A stretch of 64,000 nt of DNA, from positions 164,796,001 through 164,860,000 of the forward strand of contig OZ024743.1 of assembly GCA_964016885.1 (NCBI GenBank), in the 5' to 3' direction. The position numbers and the translations under genes are program-made. Under the pieces are notes generated by a model that was not told the DNA's origin, did no database searches, and was given only the letters and a program-made list of their open reading frames with translations. Positions within the stretch are counted from its first letter, which is position 1. Every line of letters starts with the position of its first letter. The stretch comes from Eledone cirrhosa. Its lineage: Eukaryota. Shown here in pieces: positions 62,440-64,000 of the stretch.

Positions 62440-64000
62440 CATTTCATCTCCTCTAGTCTGTGGTCACTTGTTGTTGAGTTTTGAAACTATTGTGCAGATT
62501 TACTTAGCTAGGTTAAGTGGAATGTTGGTGCATGTATGAGCTGGATGAGCAGATGTGAAGAGGAGGTACTGTTGGGAGTCGCTGGATTTGAAAAATATGT
62601 CAGTTTCTAGTTTTGTGTTTCTTTTTGTTATTAGTATGTCTCAGAAAGGAATTTTCATTGCTAAATTCCATAGTGAATTGGATTTTATATCATTAATGCA
62701 GGCTTGAAAATTCCTTAGTTCATCAAGATTTTCCCACCACAAGATAAAACAGTAATCTAGGTATCTTTTCCAGTTTTCTTTTATATAGCAACTGAAGGTA
62801 CTCCCATAAATTTGTGAAGCTTTTTTGTAGATTTTTTGTTCATGGTATCCCATGACCAAGTTGGCATATGTTGGCGCCACCCATGGCTGTTCCTGATTTC
62901 TGTTGGTAGAGTCTTTCGTCGAATATGAAGTAATTGTTTTTTTAGGGGGAATTCAAGACTTTCTGTGATTAAGTTTCTGTTAAAACGGACTGGTAGCTCA
63001 CGAGGGAATGCGTTTAGCCAGTCAGTATCGGATAGCTTCAATTCTTTAGTCGTGAGGAATGTTACTATATAGGTTCACAAGATCAAATGAAACCATGAAA
63101 ATATTTTGGTTTACTTCCTTTGGTAGATGGTTGAGAAAATCTAGGTAATCTTGTATGAAACTCTGGATGTGTTTGATGAGAGGTCTTAATAAGATGTCAA
63201 GGAAATTACTTAGGTGATATGTCTTACAAATTGGGCATGCTATGATTGGTCTTAATTTTAAGTCGATTGGTATGGGTATATTTACACAATTACTTTTCAT
63301 CATATTGCATGTTTCATTAATTAGTTTGTGTTTGTGCTCTTTAGTCAGTCCATAATTGTTTCTACTATTGGCACAAGGCCAGAAATTACCCAGTACATTA
63401 CTGGTACTTTATTTTATCGACCCCGTAAGGATGAAAGGCTCCATAATGATTGCTTGTTTTACCTCTAACATTTGTGAGATAGTCAAATTCCTTGACTGCT
63501 AGACAGGTTCGGTATGGGTGTAGTAAACCAGTGAGTTGTTTCATCACTTTATGACGTTTGTATTCCTTGGCTATGTGTTGTCTCGTAGCATGTTCTGTAT
63601 GTTTGGGTAATGGTTTGTGTCTATAATGTCTCCTTTGTCATCTTTTATAACAATATTTCTATCCAGTTATATGTAGTTTAGTTGTTTCCATTATTGTCTG
63701 CTGAAGTTTGACTTTGTGGCATTTTCAGGTTTCCAATTGGGAAGTTTGAGATTTGGTCACAGAATTCATCCAGGGCTACATTTCTACCTCTTGGGGATTG
63801 GAATTCTTTTTTGTATTTTACTAGTGATTTGTCACTATATTCTTTAAAAAATAGTTGTTTCGTTAGTCTGAGTCTTCTACAGAAGTCCGAAATATAACTT
63901 TAATTTCTGCTATATTTGATGTTTGAGGTGTTGGTGTAAATTTTAATTCTTTGTTTAGGATATCTATTTGTGTGGGTGTTAGTGACTTTTGTGAGAGGTT
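62440..64000 (-). mobile_element. Penelope-like element RT relic (runs off window end)
   Basis: LRPIIAC, MVSFDLVNLYSNIPHD, MAPTYANLVMG, WKRYLDYCFILW; N-terminal LKFTPTP..FCRRLRL near 63860-63950. Confidence 0.88.
63353..63439 (-). mobile_element. 5'-truncated SINE (copy 12)
   Basis: Core plus tail; TSD TCCATAAT at 63349-63356 and 63440-63447. Confidence 0.88.

Larger units (their letters stand above)
57960..62440 (-). mobile_element. Helitron (Rep/PIF1 helicase) relic 2, colinear but decayed
   Basis: [110 protein letters not shown]. Confidence 0.92.

Noticed and set aside
1-64000. A prokaryote-style RT/nuclease system (retron, DGR, CRISPR-associated)
   Set aside because: All RT, nuclease, integrase and helicase pieces fit known eukaryotic TE architectures and are mostly pseudogenised; no operon-like organisation.

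Overview
Eukaryotic, AT-rich, microsatellite-laden DNA made almost entirely of nested, decayed transposable elements. I found no host gene, RNA gene or prokaryotic system that I can support. The repeat inventory is reminiscent of octopus/cephalopod genomes (inference from memory of the SINE types, not verified). Contents: about 8 pieces of a Tx1/L1-clade LINE family, 4 pieces of R4/Dong-type RLE LINEs, several RTE-clade pieces (one with a 5' inversion), a CR1 3' end, two CRE-like 3' ends, three Penelope-like pieces, an RT-less CsRN1-type Gypsy element, a DD37D (maT-type) transposon, a hAT-type MITE, two decayed Rep/Hel Helitrons, a head-to-tail dimer of a non-autonomous Helitron carrying a higher-order 21-bp minisatellite, and 12 copies of one tRNA-derived SINE. 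Most notable observations: the SINE 3' tail matches the Tx1 3' end (candidate SINE-Tx1 partnership); the precise Helitron CTAG|TC concatemer junction; the in-frame protease-integrase fusion in the Gypsy element; the RTE twin-priming-like inversion; decayed hammerhead-like motifs; and recurrent fold-back palindromes. Most boundaries of decayed elements are approximate; family names come from motif recognition, not database searches.
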